58,812 nucleotides of DNA, taken from contig JBAYHA010000001.1 of the NCBI GenBank assembly GCA_041666425.1, positions 1 through 58,812 on the forward strand. Direction: 5' to 3'. The stretch is from Patescibacteria group bacterium. Lineage in GTDB: Bacteria > Patescibacteriota > Patescibacteriia > UBA11705 > JABHMO01. The translations under genes and the position numbers were made by a program. The notes under the pieces are model-generated. The model did not search any database and was not told the DNA's origin. It was given only the letters and a program-made list of their open reading frames with translations. Below, piece by piece: positions 16,135-25,030 of the stretch. Each line of letters opens with the position of its first letter. Position 1 is the first letter of the stretch.

Positions 16135-16725
16135 CTATTCGTACATCTGCGCTTCTGTTTGCTCGATATTCACTTTTTTTTCTGACAAATGACCCGTTAC
16201 TTTGGCCAACCAATTTTTCAATGAACCAAACATTGTTGTTTGGCCTTTTTCATATTTGGTTGGAGCTTGCAAAGCTTCTCTCTTGATATTTTTTTCTTGG
16301 CGCAAAATTTCTTTTTCCAATTCCAGTTGCTGTTTTTTGAACTCTTCGACCGTTAACCCCTTGGCTTCGGCGAGAAATTCTTCGGCCTTGGAAACTTCTT
16401 CTTGATGCCTAGAAAGAAGTTCCTCTGTATATTTGGCAACGCCTTTTTCGGACAAAGAACGCATTTCCGCCAATCTTTCTTCGGCCAAATCAAGCAAATA
16501 TTCACCTTTTTTTTCTTTGCCAACCTTGGCCACAAAAACTAACTGTTCACCAAAAATATCAGACCAATACCAAAATGAATCCGGCAAAACTCCCGGCTTG
16601 ATAATCTTAGCTTCATCAACCAACAATTTTTTCGTGTCAATTTTTTTTGGTTCCTCGGCACTAACAATCCCAACAAAACCAAGAAAAATAACCGCACTCA
16701 AAATTAATGTTTTCTTTAAATTCAT
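16135..16725 (-). CDS. Secreted DUF5667-like protein
   Basis: Signal peptide MNLKKTLILSAVIFLGFVGIVSA. PGVLPDSFWYWSDIFGEQL motif and coiled-coil tail resemble the 22881..24086 N-terminal domain. Confidence 0.55.
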   Translation of the reverse strand: MNLKKTLILSAVIFLGFVGIVSAEEPKKIDTKKLLVDEAKIIKPGVLPDSFWYWSDIFGEQLVFVAKVGKEKKGEYLLDLAEERLAEMRSLSEKGVAKYTEELLSRHQEEVSKAEEFLAEAKGLTVEEFKKQQLELEKEILRQEKNIKREALQAPTKYEKGQTTMFGSLKNWLAKVTGHLSEKKVNIEQTEAQMYE

Positions 16726-16762
16726 ATTTGATAAAAGTAAATAAATGGTAAGCTTTTAATTC

Positions 16763-16797
16763 AGAATTAAGAATTAAGAATTAAGAATTAAGAATTA
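16763..16797. repeat. Tandem heptamer array (AGAATTA x5)
   Basis: agaattaagaattaagaattaagaattaagaatta. Same heptamer family as 52148..52219 and 53043..53150. Confidence 0.85.
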
Positions 16798-16858
16798 TTG
16801 TTTTTATGTTCTTTTTCTAAATTGCTCCTTGTTCTTTGTTCATTATATCACAAACCAC

Positions 16859-17890
16859 CTATTTTTCCCAAAAAGTCTTAGCTGTTTCCCACAAAGAATT
16901 ATTTCCTTTTATTTTAGCCAAATAATACCACCATTCGGCACCCCAAAGATAGGCTCCACGGAAACCAGTTTTTCTAGCGTAAACAACATGGCTTTTTAAT
17001 CTTTTGGCATCCATTGATTTGAACTGCTCGGACAAAGCAGAATTCAAAATACCATTTGGCGCCCATGGTTCGGCCTGCAATTCGGCAACCAAAACATCGT
17101 TAAGATTCAAACCCAAAATACGCGCTTTCCAATTATAAAAAATCGGTGGCAAATGATAATAAATATATCCAAGAAAATCATTTTGCACCACTCGATACAT
17201 GGTCGTACCAAAAGAATCTCCGGCTTTTGACGCCGGTAGCCAACTGCTCAACTCTCCACTATCAGTAATTAAAATCGGCCGAATATCCAAAGTTTTTACC
17301 AACGAAATCTCTTCTCGTAATAAATCATAATTCGCAGGCGGACATTCGCCAAAATAGTCTAACATCGGTTCATTTTCAACCTGCCACATTTCGATAATCT
17401 CTCGATTTTTGTAATTTTCCACAACGGCCTTAATCATGGCCAACTGTTTTTCTCTAATCAAATCAGAATCACTGTTTTTTAACCATTCCGGATCATGACA
17501 TTCTGGCCAATGCGGAGTTCTCCGTCCAACGGTCAAAATAACTTTGGCGCCAAACTGTTCCGCAAACTCTATCTGCCAATCCAAGTCGGAAAAATCATAA
17601 ACACCATTTTCTTTTTCTACTTCATTCCACGGAACGGACAAACGAACATGCTTTACTTTTAACTCATTCAAAATATCAAACAATGTTTCTCTCGGATCAA
17701 CACCCAAATAATCCGCATAACTACGAGAAAAATTAACACCCAACACAAAATCTTTTCCTTTGCCAAAATCATAAAAAAATAAAACCGTAAAAAGAGACAC
17801 CACCAAAATAAAAATCATTGCGAAAAAAACCAAAGAAACAATTATTCTTTCTTTTATTTTTGAATTTGGTTTTTGTTTATTCTTTTGCAT
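16859..17890 (-). CDS. Membrane-anchored clan GH-A TIM-barrel glycoside hydrolase (GH5/GH42-like)
   Basis: N-terminal TM helix. WNEVEKENGVYDFSDLDWQIEFAEQFGAKVILTVG and the catalytic-type WQVENEP motif. Confidence 0.55.
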   Translation of the reverse strand: MQKNKQKPNSKIKERIIVSLVFFAMIFILVVSLFTVLFFYDFGKGKDFVLGVNFSRSYADYLGVDPRETLFDILNELKVKHVRLSVPWNEVEKENGVYDFSDLDWQIEFAEQFGAKVILTVGRRTPHWPECHDPEWLKNSDSDLIREKQLAMIKAVVENYKNREIIEMWQVENEPMLDYFGECPPANYDLLREEISLVKTLDIRPILITDSGELSSWLPASKAGDSFGTTMYRVVQNDFLGYIYYHLPPIFYNWKARILGLNLNDVLVAELQAEPWAPNGILNSALSEQFKSMDAKRLKSHVVYARKTGFRGAYLWGAEWWYYLAKIKGNNSLWETAKTFWEK

Positions 17891-17909
17891 AAATAATCCA
17901 AGTCATAAA

Positions 17910-18809
17910 TTAAACTAAAAGAACCAAGCCGATGCTGATCAAAATAATTGCTATAATTTGTAAAATGATTTCCGAAAAAGAAAATTTTTCTTTGAAATAC
18001 CTTGGGAAAAACTTAGTAGAAAGCAAAACCATGACAAACAAAATACCATATTGCAAACCGCTGAGCGCATTAACAATGGTCGCGCTGGACAAAGAAATGG
18101 CATAATTTATGCCGACAAAATAAACGGCCGAACTTGTTTTATTTATCACCAAAAGAACAAAACTTTTGTTCTTTTCCGAATTTGATTTTGCCTTACTGAA
18201 TAAATTCTGCCGGATATTTTTCACAAAAAGCAAAGGCAAAACAGCCAAAAAAGAACCTATCCTCGCCCACACAAAACCGGTCGAAAAAGTGTCTTGCAAA
18301 AATGAATATCGCCCAAGAACGTACGACAAAGAAAAAAACATTCCGGCAATAATCGCCCACAACATCCCGATATGCCAACCATTATGTTCTCGACTTTTTT
18401 CAAATGAAATAACCAGTGCCCCCAAAATTAAAAATATAACCGCTACCCATTCGTAGCTAGAAAGTCTTTCGGACAAAATAAAATAAGAAAAAACAATGGA
18501 AAAAATTGGCAACACCCCGCCAGAAAGCGGTGCAATATGCGTAGCTTCGCCAGTCTTCATGGCTGTATAAAAAAATTGCAAAGCAATGGAAAAAGAAACA
18601 CCCGACAACAATGAAATCAGAATTAAAAATGAATCAGCCTGAAAATTAAAATCGAAAAAAACAAAAAAAACACCGAACAAATTAGCGACCGCAGTCCAAA
18701 AAGTCAAAACCCCAGCAAAAGGAAATCTTTTGCTAACAAGCACTTTGTCGAGAAGTGCGGCCAACGAATTAAAAAATTGCGCACCAAGAGTTAAATATAG
18801 CCAGAACAT
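17910..18809 (-). CDS. EamA/DMT-family transporter
   Basis: Ten predicted TM helices in two EamA-like halves. Confidence 0.7.
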   Translation of the reverse strand: MFWLYLTLGAQFFNSLAALLDKVLVSKRFPFAGVLTFWTAVANLFGVFFVFFDFNFQADSFLILISLLSGVSFSIALQFFYTAMKTGEATHIAPLSGGVLPIFSIVFSYFILSERLSSYEWVAVIFLILGALVISFEKSREHNGWHIGMLWAIIAGMFFSLSYVLGRYSFLQDTFSTGFVWARIGSFLAVLPLLFVKNIRQNLFSKAKSNSEKNKSFVLLVINKTSSAVYFVGINYAISLSSATIVNALSGLQYGILFVMVLLSTKFFPRYFKEKFSFSEIILQIIAIILISIGLVLLV

Positions 18810-18857
18810 GATTTTATTTTTATTTTATATTTGAATTATACCAAAAATTAAAAATTG

Positions 18858-18900
18858 TCGGTAGGGGCATGGCACGACTTGCCCCTACCGATAATTTTTT
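18858..18900. terminator. Strong hairpin TCGGTAGGGGCA-N10-TGCCCCTACCGA with flanking A and T runs
   Basis: 12-bp perfect stem at 18858..18891 followed by ATAATTTTTT. Confidence 0.65.
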
Positions 18901-18946
18901 AAAAAATAAAAAAGGGGCGCGTTAATACGACCCCATTAAGTTAGCT

Positions 18947-19294
18947 TTATTTATTTAAAACAAAACTAACAATTCTTGCAACTTCCGTTTTTCCAAAAAC
19001 CGCGGTAGCGCCATGGCGCAACAGCAATGCATTTGTTAGCGGATTACCGGAAACACCGATAACCTTCATTCTCCGATGATCAACGGCGTGCAAAAACCGC
19101 AAACCGTCAAGCGGTTCTTTTAATTTTCCGTCCAAGAGAACACAGTCATAATGCCTTTCGCCAGCCATGGAAATCGCCTGATCCACACAAGCAGTACTAT
19201 GAACTTCAACCCCCTCCTCTGATAAAAAATCTTGATACATTTCTACAAACCAAATTTCATCCTCAACCAGCAAAACCTTTTTTGCGCTACTCAT
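18947..19294 (-). CDS. Stand-alone response-regulator receiver (CheY-like) protein
   Basis: KVLLVEDE acidic pocket, phospho-acceptor context CVLLDGKL, 115 aa with no output domain. Higher GC than the flanks. Confidence 0.7.
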   Translation of the reverse strand: MSSAKKVLLVEDEIWFVEMYQDFLSEEGVEVHSTACVDQAISMAGERHYDCVLLDGKLKEPLDGLRFLHAVDHRRMKVIGVSGNPLTNALLLRHGATAVFGKTEVARIVSFVLNK

Positions 19295-19364
19295 TGAACC
19301 TCGCTTTTGGAATTAAATTTTTTTAAGCTCTTTGTTGCAAAGTTAAAAAAGAACAACAGTCAAT

Positions 19365-19393
19365 AGCATAGCGCGAAAAAATAGTTTTGTCAA
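19365..19393 (-). promoter_or_regulatory. Promoter TTGACA-17-TATGCT for the receiver gene
   Basis: Reverse complements of 19388..19393 and 19365..19370. Embedded in a 21-nt sequence repeated at 20998..21018. Confidence 0.55.
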
Positions 19394-19436
19394 TAATAAA
19401 AAATCCCCAAATATGATTTGAGGATTCAAAGTAATC

Positions 19437-20114
19437 TTAGTCCAACGTGGCCAAAAGTCGGCCAATTCCCGCGTTGGTAATCATGCATCCAAGATGCATG
19501 GCAGTTTTCCAATACAGGAATTTTGCACCCATGATTTTCTCCGCATCTTTGGTAATCGGTTTTACCACCCCCTGTTTGAAAACAACCTTTCCATCAACAA
19601 CTTCCACTTCATTCCAATTAAATTTAACACCATAAAACCGAATTCCCATTTTTTCACCTTTGTCCGTAACGCCATTGTTAAAGAAAAAGGTGTTATTGGG
19701 ATTTCCCGGTTCTCCTTCGAGCAAGAAAACTCGACTTTTGTCCTTGAGTCCAAACTCTTCGCCGGCTTCTTTGGCCGCATTTTCAAAATGATCAATTCCG
19801 GGATCAAGGAATCCTCTGGGCAAATTGGCCACCTTGTCATCAGCCTGCAACGGACGAGGCTGTTCTACGACCGCCACGAACAATCTGTTCTGTTTGTCTT
19901 TGAAAAACGGAACCAAAACCGAACCGCCTCCACCATTCTCAGCAAAAAGCCAAGCATCATAATTCTGCGGAGTTCTTCCGTAACGAACCGTTCCAAAACC
20001 GGAAACCAATTCCATTTCATCGGCAGGAATTTCCTTCCGATCAACAAAAAGTTTCCAACCTTTTTTTGCTCCTTCGGGATTTGCTCCATACAGTTCACGA
20101 AAACTCTTTCCCAT
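19437..20114 (-). CDS. Nudix-fold hydrolase (ADP-ribose pyrophosphatase-like) with a divergent Nudix box
   Basis: GFLDPGIDHFENAAKEAGEEFGL keeps G-x5-(I)-x7-(K)E-A-x-EE-x-GL spacing. Surrounding layout is ADPRase-like. Confidence 0.55.
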   Translation of the reverse strand: MGKSFRELYGANPEGAKKGWKLFVDRKEIPADEMELVSGFGTVRYGRTPQNYDAWLFAENGGGGSVLVPFFKDKQNRLFVAVVEQPRPLQADDKVANLPRGFLDPGIDHFENAAKEAGEEFGLKDKSRVFLLEGEPGNPNNTFFFNNGVTDKGEKMGIRFYGVKFNWNEVEVVDGKVVFKQGVVKPITKDAEKIMGAKFLYWKTAMHLGCMITNAGIGRLLATLD

Positions 20115-20179
20115 AACATCCGTGCCTTCATTCTGTCAGACCTCCTGTCTGAGGCAGAAAGAAAACTTGGTGGTTAAAA

Positions 20180-20917
20180 TCAGCCTCCCGCTGATCTGTT
20201 TTTGACCGCCGTGAAAACCACGAACGCGGACAATGAATGTAAATCCAGAATTTCTCCACTCCCAACATAAGAGTAAAATTCTTCAAGCGGGATCAATTTG
20301 CATGAACGAAATTCTTTTTCGCGCTTTTCATATCTCAACAAGTCAATTTTAATTTTGACAGTTGAAACAGTCAACCAATTTCCACTAGTTGAAGAATCTT
20401 CCGCCAAACGAACTTTACCTTTTTTATTTTGTAATAATTGCGGTTCATTTACAAAAGTACCGCCGACAGAATTTACGAATTGCAAAAATTTTCGCTCAAT
20501 CAACTTTTTTGTCACAGAAATTGCCGGCAAATCGGTTTTACTTTCTGGAATAAATCCTCGTGGAAAAAGTAACGGCGTTTGGCCGATAAAAGTCCCATAA
20601 GATTTAATCATTAAAAAACAATTCTCGTTAACAACCGGCACAACAATTTGGCCGGACAAAGCTTCCGTCGAATAGGTGGAATTGAATTGACACCAATATT
20701 CAACCGGCACTCCTGTATAAGGCGTCAGAACCAAAAAACCAACGGCAATCTTATATTTCTTTTGGCTAAAATGCGCAATAACATCATCAATTTGCCATTC
20801 ACCATTGCGGTAATTACCCAAACGAATTAGCTCAAACGGCACACCAAAACCTCTTAATCGCCGATTAATCTCCGCCAATTTCAAATCCAATTTTCCAGCT
20901 GTACTCAATTTATTCAT
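20180..20917 (-). CDS. Hypothetical protein, probable degenerate (catalytically dead) Nudix-fold paralog
   Basis: AAGGAGAAAG RBS precedes the ATG at 20917. PRGFIPES aligns with PRGFLDPG of the downstream gene, but the REUxEE positions read VTKKLIER. Confidence 0.45.
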   Translation of the reverse strand: MNKLSTAGKLDLKLAEINRRLRGFGVPFELIRLGNYRNGEWQIDDVIAHFSQKKYKIAVGFLVLTPYTGVPVEYWCQFNSTYSTEALSGQIVVPVVNENCFLMIKSYGTFIGQTPLLFPRGFIPESKTDLPAISVTKKLIERKFLQFVNSVGGTFVNEPQLLQNKKGKVRLAEDSSTSGNWLTVSTVKIKIDLLRYEKREKEFRSCKLIPLEEFYSYVGSGEILDLHSLSAFVVFTAVKNRSAGG

Positions 20918-20975
20918 TTCTTTCTCCTTTCGCCTCCCGCGAAATCGGATTTTTGTCAAAGAACAAGGAAACTGT

Positions 20976-21004
20976 ATATTACTAAATAAACATCCAATTG
21001 TCAA
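20976..21004 (-). promoter_or_regulatory. Promoter TTGACA-17-TAATAT for the Nudix pair
   Basis: Reverse complements of 20999..21004 and 20976..20981, with an exact 17-nt spacer. Confidence 0.55.
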
Positions 21005-21135
21005 TAATAAAAAATCCCTCAACTCATTACGAGAGAGGGACAACGTTTACAGAAATCATTCTTCTCTAATAAAAACTTCAAGAAAGATACCGACCAAGTC
21101 AAGTTTTTAAAAGATACCTTTTCCGAAAATTTCCT

Positions 21136-21882
21136 TTATCCGATAATTTTCAAGCCAAACATTACGGCCAAACCAACAAGAACAAAAACAAAATGACCAA
21201 AAGTTTGCGATAATCTGGAATCTCGATGCAATTCGGGAATCAAATCAGATCCGGCAATATAAATGAATCCGCCACCGGCCACAGCCAAAATATATGGCAG
21301 AATATTTTCCATATTTTGCGCAACCAGCAAAGTTAAAACTGCACCAAGAATCGCCAAAGAAGCGGAAAAAAGATTAAATAACAAAGCCTTTTTTTTGCTC
21401 ATGCCCGCAAAAAGCAACACCCCAAAATCACCAATCTCTTGCGGAACTTCGTGCGCAATAACAGCCAAAGTAGTAGCTATACCCAACGACCAAGAAACCG
21501 CAAAAGCACCGGCGATAATAACACCATCAAGAAAATTATGCAAAGCATCGCCCAACAAATTGGTAAAAGCGACCGGATGCAATTTTTTGTGATCATGATC
21601 AACACGATGGCAGTGATGCCAATGGACGAATTTTTCTATCATGAAAAAAATCAAAACACCCGCGAGAAAAAACATTCCCATCTTTTCACTAAAACCAAAC
21701 TCTTCGGAAATTTCCGGAATAATATGCAAAAAAACTTCGCCAAAAAGAGCCCCCACGGAAAAACTGACAAAATAAAGCAAAACTTTTTGCAGCTTTTCGT
21801 GATTAACAAACAAAGTTATCGCACCGATGAGCGACAACAAACTCACCAAAATAACACCGGCCAATGTCCCAACCCAAATCAT
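21136..21882 (-). CDS. zupT: ZIP-family divalent metal transporter
   Basis: HNFLDG and HEVPQEIGDF signature helices, a His-rich loop HWHHCHRVDHDH, and 8 TM helices. Confidence 0.85.
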   Translation of the reverse strand: MIWVGTLAGVILVSLLSLIGAITLFVNHEKLQKVLLYFVSFSVGALFGEVFLHIIPEISEEFGFSEKMGMFFLAGVLIFFMIEKFVHWHHCHRVDHDHKKLHPVAFTNLLGDALHNFLDGVIIAGAFAVSWSLGIATTLAVIAHEVPQEIGDFGVLLFAGMSKKKALLFNLFSASLAILGAVLTLLVAQNMENILPYILAVAGGGFIYIAGSDLIPELHRDSRLSQTFGHFVFVLVGLAVMFGLKIIG

Positions 21883-21903
21883 ATTTTTTTAATTAAAAAT
21901 TTT

Positions 21904-22659
21904 TTATAATTTTATTTTTGTTAATTCAATTGACATGAAAAGCGGAATTTCTTCACGCATGCGATTTTCTTGTTTGGCTTTTGCGCCAACGGAAACTTTT
22001 TGCGAACACCATTCATCCAATCGCGTAATGACAAAGCCGGACGCACGAAACGCACGGAAGTACGCAGAAAGCGGACGATGAAAAGTCCATGTTTTTTCTT
22101 CCGGATCTGCTCCCGGATGCATTTGCATAGGAATGGAAACTTCGGACATATAGCCGTCGAGTCTGCGAAACTGCGTATTATTTTTTTCATCCCAAACCCA
22201 ACTTGATTGACGAGGAACACGCAAAACAGGATGGTTCAAAACAATATAAAGTCGCGCGCCACCTTTCATGACTCTGGCGACCGAGCGAAGCGTCGGTTCA
22301 AAATCTTCGATATTTTGCAAACACAAAATCATGGTCACCAAATTAAAAAAATCCTCATCAAACTTTTCATCAACTTGCGAACCTTTGCATTTTTTGAAAT
22401 TAACCTCAGGATATTTTTGCATGCCGATTTTTAAAAGTTCTTCGGCCACATCAGTAACGGTCACAATCGCGCCCAATCTCTGAAATTCATTGGCAAAAAA
22501 TCCGGTACCACCGCCAATTTCCAAAATCCGTTGGCCGAGTTTTATTTTCATGGCTTTTAATAAGTTCGGCAAAATTATGGTACTGTGATAAGTATCATCT
22601 TTTTTCAGATGACTGTCATACCAATCGGCTGATTGTCCCCAAGAAGTGTTTACCGGCAT
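21904..22659 (-). CDS. Class I SAM-dependent methyltransferase
   Basis: Motif I ILEIGGGTGFF, an acidic motif II residue in VTVTDVA, and 251 aa. Confidence 0.8.
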   Translation of the reverse strand: MPVNTSWGQSADWYDSHLKKDDTYHSTIILPNLLKAMKIKLGQRILEIGGGTGFFANEFQRLGAIVTVTDVAEELLKIGMQKYPEVNFKKCKGSQVDEKFDEDFFNLVTMILCLQNIEDFEPTLRSVARVMKGGARLYIVLNHPVLRVPRQSSWVWDEKNNTQFRRLDGYMSEVSIPMQMHPGADPEEKTWTFHRPLSAYFRAFRASGFVITRLDEWCSQKVSVGAKAKQENRMREEIPLFMSIELTKIKL

Positions 22660-22696
22660 ATTTTAAAAATTAAAAATTATGTATCTATCCTGTTTT

Positions 22697-22791
22697 GTCA
22701 TGCTGAGCATGTCGAAGCATCTCAAAACAGGATTAACCAGCTTAGATTCTTCCCCTCGGCTTTGCTCGGGGCAGGCTAAGCTCAGAATGAC
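22697..22791. repeat. Inverted pair of GTCAT-family units (short and long variants)
   Basis: 22697..22723 is gtcatgctgagcatgtcgaagcatctc. 22744..22791 is the reverse complement of gtcattctgagcttagcctgccccgagcaaagccgaggggaagaatct. Confidence 0.75.
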
Positions 22792-22880
22792 AAGCTGGTG
22801 ATCGTCATGATTATGTCATAAATTAGAATAAAAATCAAGATAAAAAATCGCCCATTTTATAAGGCGATTTTTTGTAAAAT

Positions 22881-24086
22881 TTAATTATTATCTTCCGCTT
22901 CAATTTGTGTTTTTTCAGTTTCCACTTTATTTTGCTTTTTCAATTTCATTTCTTCAATTTTTGCTTGCTTTTCCTTTTGATTTTCAAGACGTTTTGATTC
23001 TCTTTCTTTTGTGTTTTCTGTTTGTTTTTTTATTCTTTCTTCTACTTTTTGAGTCAATTCCGCCTGATTCTTATATTTTGGTTCGGAAATCACTTTGTTG
23101 TAAAACAATACTTTTACTTGAACTAAAAGTTTTTTGGCTTCGTTAGCGGAATGAATGGATTCGACATATTTCTTTTCGTCAAAGTATCTTTTTGCTTCTG
23201 CGACAAGCAATTTCGCTTCTTCGAACTTGGCACTCATTTCGGACAACAAAGAATGGGTCGAACCGGCTTCTATTTTTTCACTCAAAATTCCTTGAATCGC
23301 CTTTAAATACGCCTCGGTTTTTTCTAAGTGTGCCTTGGCGACGGGAATTGGCATTACAGATATTGGCGCAACGGTATCGGTTGTTTCCGAATAACTCGAA
23401 CTTGTTGTTTGGGCATCAATCATTTTTTGCTCGCTTGCCGCCGTTGAATTCCGCACTGCTTCCTTTTTTTCAGAAATCTCAGATAACTTCCCTGAAATTT
23501 GTGTTTTTAACTCCGGTTTTATCTCTGCTACCTTGGTCAAAATCATTTCATTGGCCTCCAAATATCCGGCCAAACGAGAATAAACATTCAAACTGGCCAC
23601 ATTGTTGCCACGTTCGCTTAATTTTTTGGCCAAGGTTTCGGTTTTAGCAATTTTTGTTTGCAAATTTTTTTCCAAACGGTTGTTGACAAAATTATCCAAT
23701 TTTTTTTCTTCAACCAATTTGGCTTTTTCGGCAATTCTTTTTTCGACCAAATCAGCAACAAATTCCGCTTTCTTTTCTGGATCAATTTTCAAAGCGGTTT
23801 GCAAAGGTTCGTTAATTGAAGTTTTGACAGGATAAAGAACATCCCCCGGATTGGCGTTTTGGGCGGCCAAGCCAACTCCGCCGGACAACGCCACGGCGAG
23901 AGCAATAATTGCTGGAATCATAAATTTGTAGTTAAGATTTAATATATTAATTCTAAATTTTCTTTTTGGTAAAGGATTTTGCATTTGAAAAATCCGCAAA
24001 TTCTTTTGCATCGCAAAAATTTCCTCTTTTGTTAAAGAATACTTACTTTCAACTTTTTTTAATTTTTTGAATTCCGCTCGTAGCAT
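22881..24086 (-). CDS. Membrane protein with extracytoplasmic DUF5667-like domain; candidate anti-sigma partner
   Basis: Overlaps the sigma gene stop. Single TM helix (FMIPAIIALAVALSGGVGLAA), then NPGDVLYPVKTSINE and a long coiled coil. The start could be an internal Met. Confidence 0.55.
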   Translation of the reverse strand: MLRAEFKKLKKVESKYSLTKEEIFAMQKNLRIFQMQNPLPKRKFRINILNLNYKFMIPAIIALAVALSGGVGLAAQNANPGDVLYPVKTSINEPLQTALKIDPEKKAEFVADLVEKRIAEKAKLVEEKKLDNFVNNRLEKNLQTKIAKTETLAKKLSERGNNVASLNVYSRLAGYLEANEMILTKVAEIKPELKTQISGKLSEISEKKEAVRNSTAASEQKMIDAQTTSSSYSETTDTVAPISVMPIPVAKAHLEKTEAYLKAIQGILSEKIEAGSTHSLLSEMSAKFEEAKLLVAEAKRYFDEKKYVESIHSANEAKKLLVQVKVLFYNKVISEPKYKNQAELTQKVEERIKKQTENTKERESKRLENQKEKQAKIEEMKLKKQNKVETEKTQIEAEDNN

Positions 24087-24571
24087 AAATCTTTTAACAT
24101 CTTCTTGGATTTTTTTAAACGCAAAGAAACTGCATTGGACGTAATTTGCAAAATCTCAGCGATTTCTTTGACTTTTAATTCTCGCAAATAACGCATCTCC
24201 AAAACTTCACGCTCTGAACTTTTCAATCTGCGCAAAGTTTTTAACAAATTATCATTTTCATTCTTTTGCCAATAAACTTCTTGAACTTCAACTGGTGGAT
24301 CGGCTCCTTTTTCCGCCAAAACATCCAGCGAACTATTTTTCTTCTTGCGACTTTCATCAATCACCAGATTTCTGGCAATCAAATAAATGTAAGCGCGCAA
24401 ATTATCAATTTTTTTTCCTTCGCTGAAAACCTTCCAAACTCGGCAAAAAACTTCTTGCGTTAAATCTTTGGCCAATTCTCGATCAAATACACGAAAATAG
24501 ATAAACCGGAAAATCGGTTCGGCCAATTCAGCAAAAATTTTTTCGAACTGTTGTTCATTCATAACTTTCAC
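24059..24571 (-). CDS. ECF-type RNA polymerase sigma-70 family factor
   Basis: Region 2 (DLTQEVFCRVWK, YIYLIARNLVIDESR) and region 4 HTH (REVLEMRYLRELKVKEIAEILQITSNAVSLRLKKSKKMLK). Confidence 0.85.
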   Translation of the reverse strand: MKVMNEQQFEKIFAELAEPIFRFIYFRVFDRELAKDLTQEVFCRVWKVFSEGKKIDNLRAYIYLIARNLVIDESRKKKNSSLDVLAEKGADPPVEVQEVYWQKNENDNLLKTLRRLKSSEREVLEMRYLRELKVKEIAEILQITSNAVSLRLKKSKKMLKDLCYERNSKN

Positions 24572-24724
24572 AATATATATAACGAATGAGAGTTAAAAAT
24601 CTTTCCGAAGAGAATCGAATAATAAGTCCATTAATAATTTAGCACATTTTGCATAAATTTGAAATAAAAAAGCCCTACCGTTCATGGCGGTAAGACATCA
24701 GCTTGCGCTTTTAAATTGACTTGG

Positions 24725-24916
24725 TCAATTCATATTCATATATTGGTGAGCGTTTCTACGAGCGGATTCTCTTTTTTGGACATATTGCTCTTTTTTAACC
24801 AGTGCTCTCCTGACTTGGAGCAACAACAGATCCTTGTCCTCAAGACTGGTTGCTTCCAGTCCGTCTTCAAGCAATCCCACCAAAGCCTTGATTTTTCCTC
24901 TTTTCAATACCGCCAT
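24725..24916 (-). CDS. Small hypothetical protein (63 aa), higher GC
   Basis: GGAGAAAG RBS 5 nt before the ATG at 24916, its own promoter at 24989..25017, and a weak hairpin plus T6 downstream (about 24665..24700). Confidence 0.45.
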   Translation of the reverse strand: MAVLKRGKIKALVGLLEDGLEATSLEDKDLLLLQVRRALVKKEQYVQKRESARRNAHQYMNMN

Positions 24917-24988
24917 TTTTCTTTCTCCACAAAGGTTGAAAGGAATAGCACTACTACACAAAACAAAACACCAAAAGAACAGTAAAAT

Positions 24989-25017
24989 CATCATATGTAA
25001 AAATCATACTTTTGTCA
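24989..25017 (-). promoter_or_regulatory. Promoter TTGACA-17-TATGAT
   Basis: Reverse complements of 25012..25017 and 24989..24994, with an exact 17-nt spacer. Confidence 0.55.
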
Positions 25018-25030
25018 ATGTCTTTTTGCC

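Noticed and set aside
19336-19351. 16-nt exact match tgcaaagttaaaaaag shared by the receiver-gene leader and 33333..33348 upstream of the 32603..33217 gene (possible common operator)
   Set aside because: A rough estimate for an AT-rich window of about 59 kb (both strands) predicts a few exact 16-mer matches by chance. There is no palindromic structure or third copy to support a binding site.
19447-20177. Long + strand ORFs (227 aa, 62 aa) and extra minus-frame ORFs (19562..19840, 19865..20131) across the Nudix gene
   Set aside because: They overlap the motif-bearing Nudix ORF (19437..20114) in other frames or antisense. Their translations are low-complexity and lack starts with an RBS. Stop-poor alternative frames are expected in this locally GC-richer segment.
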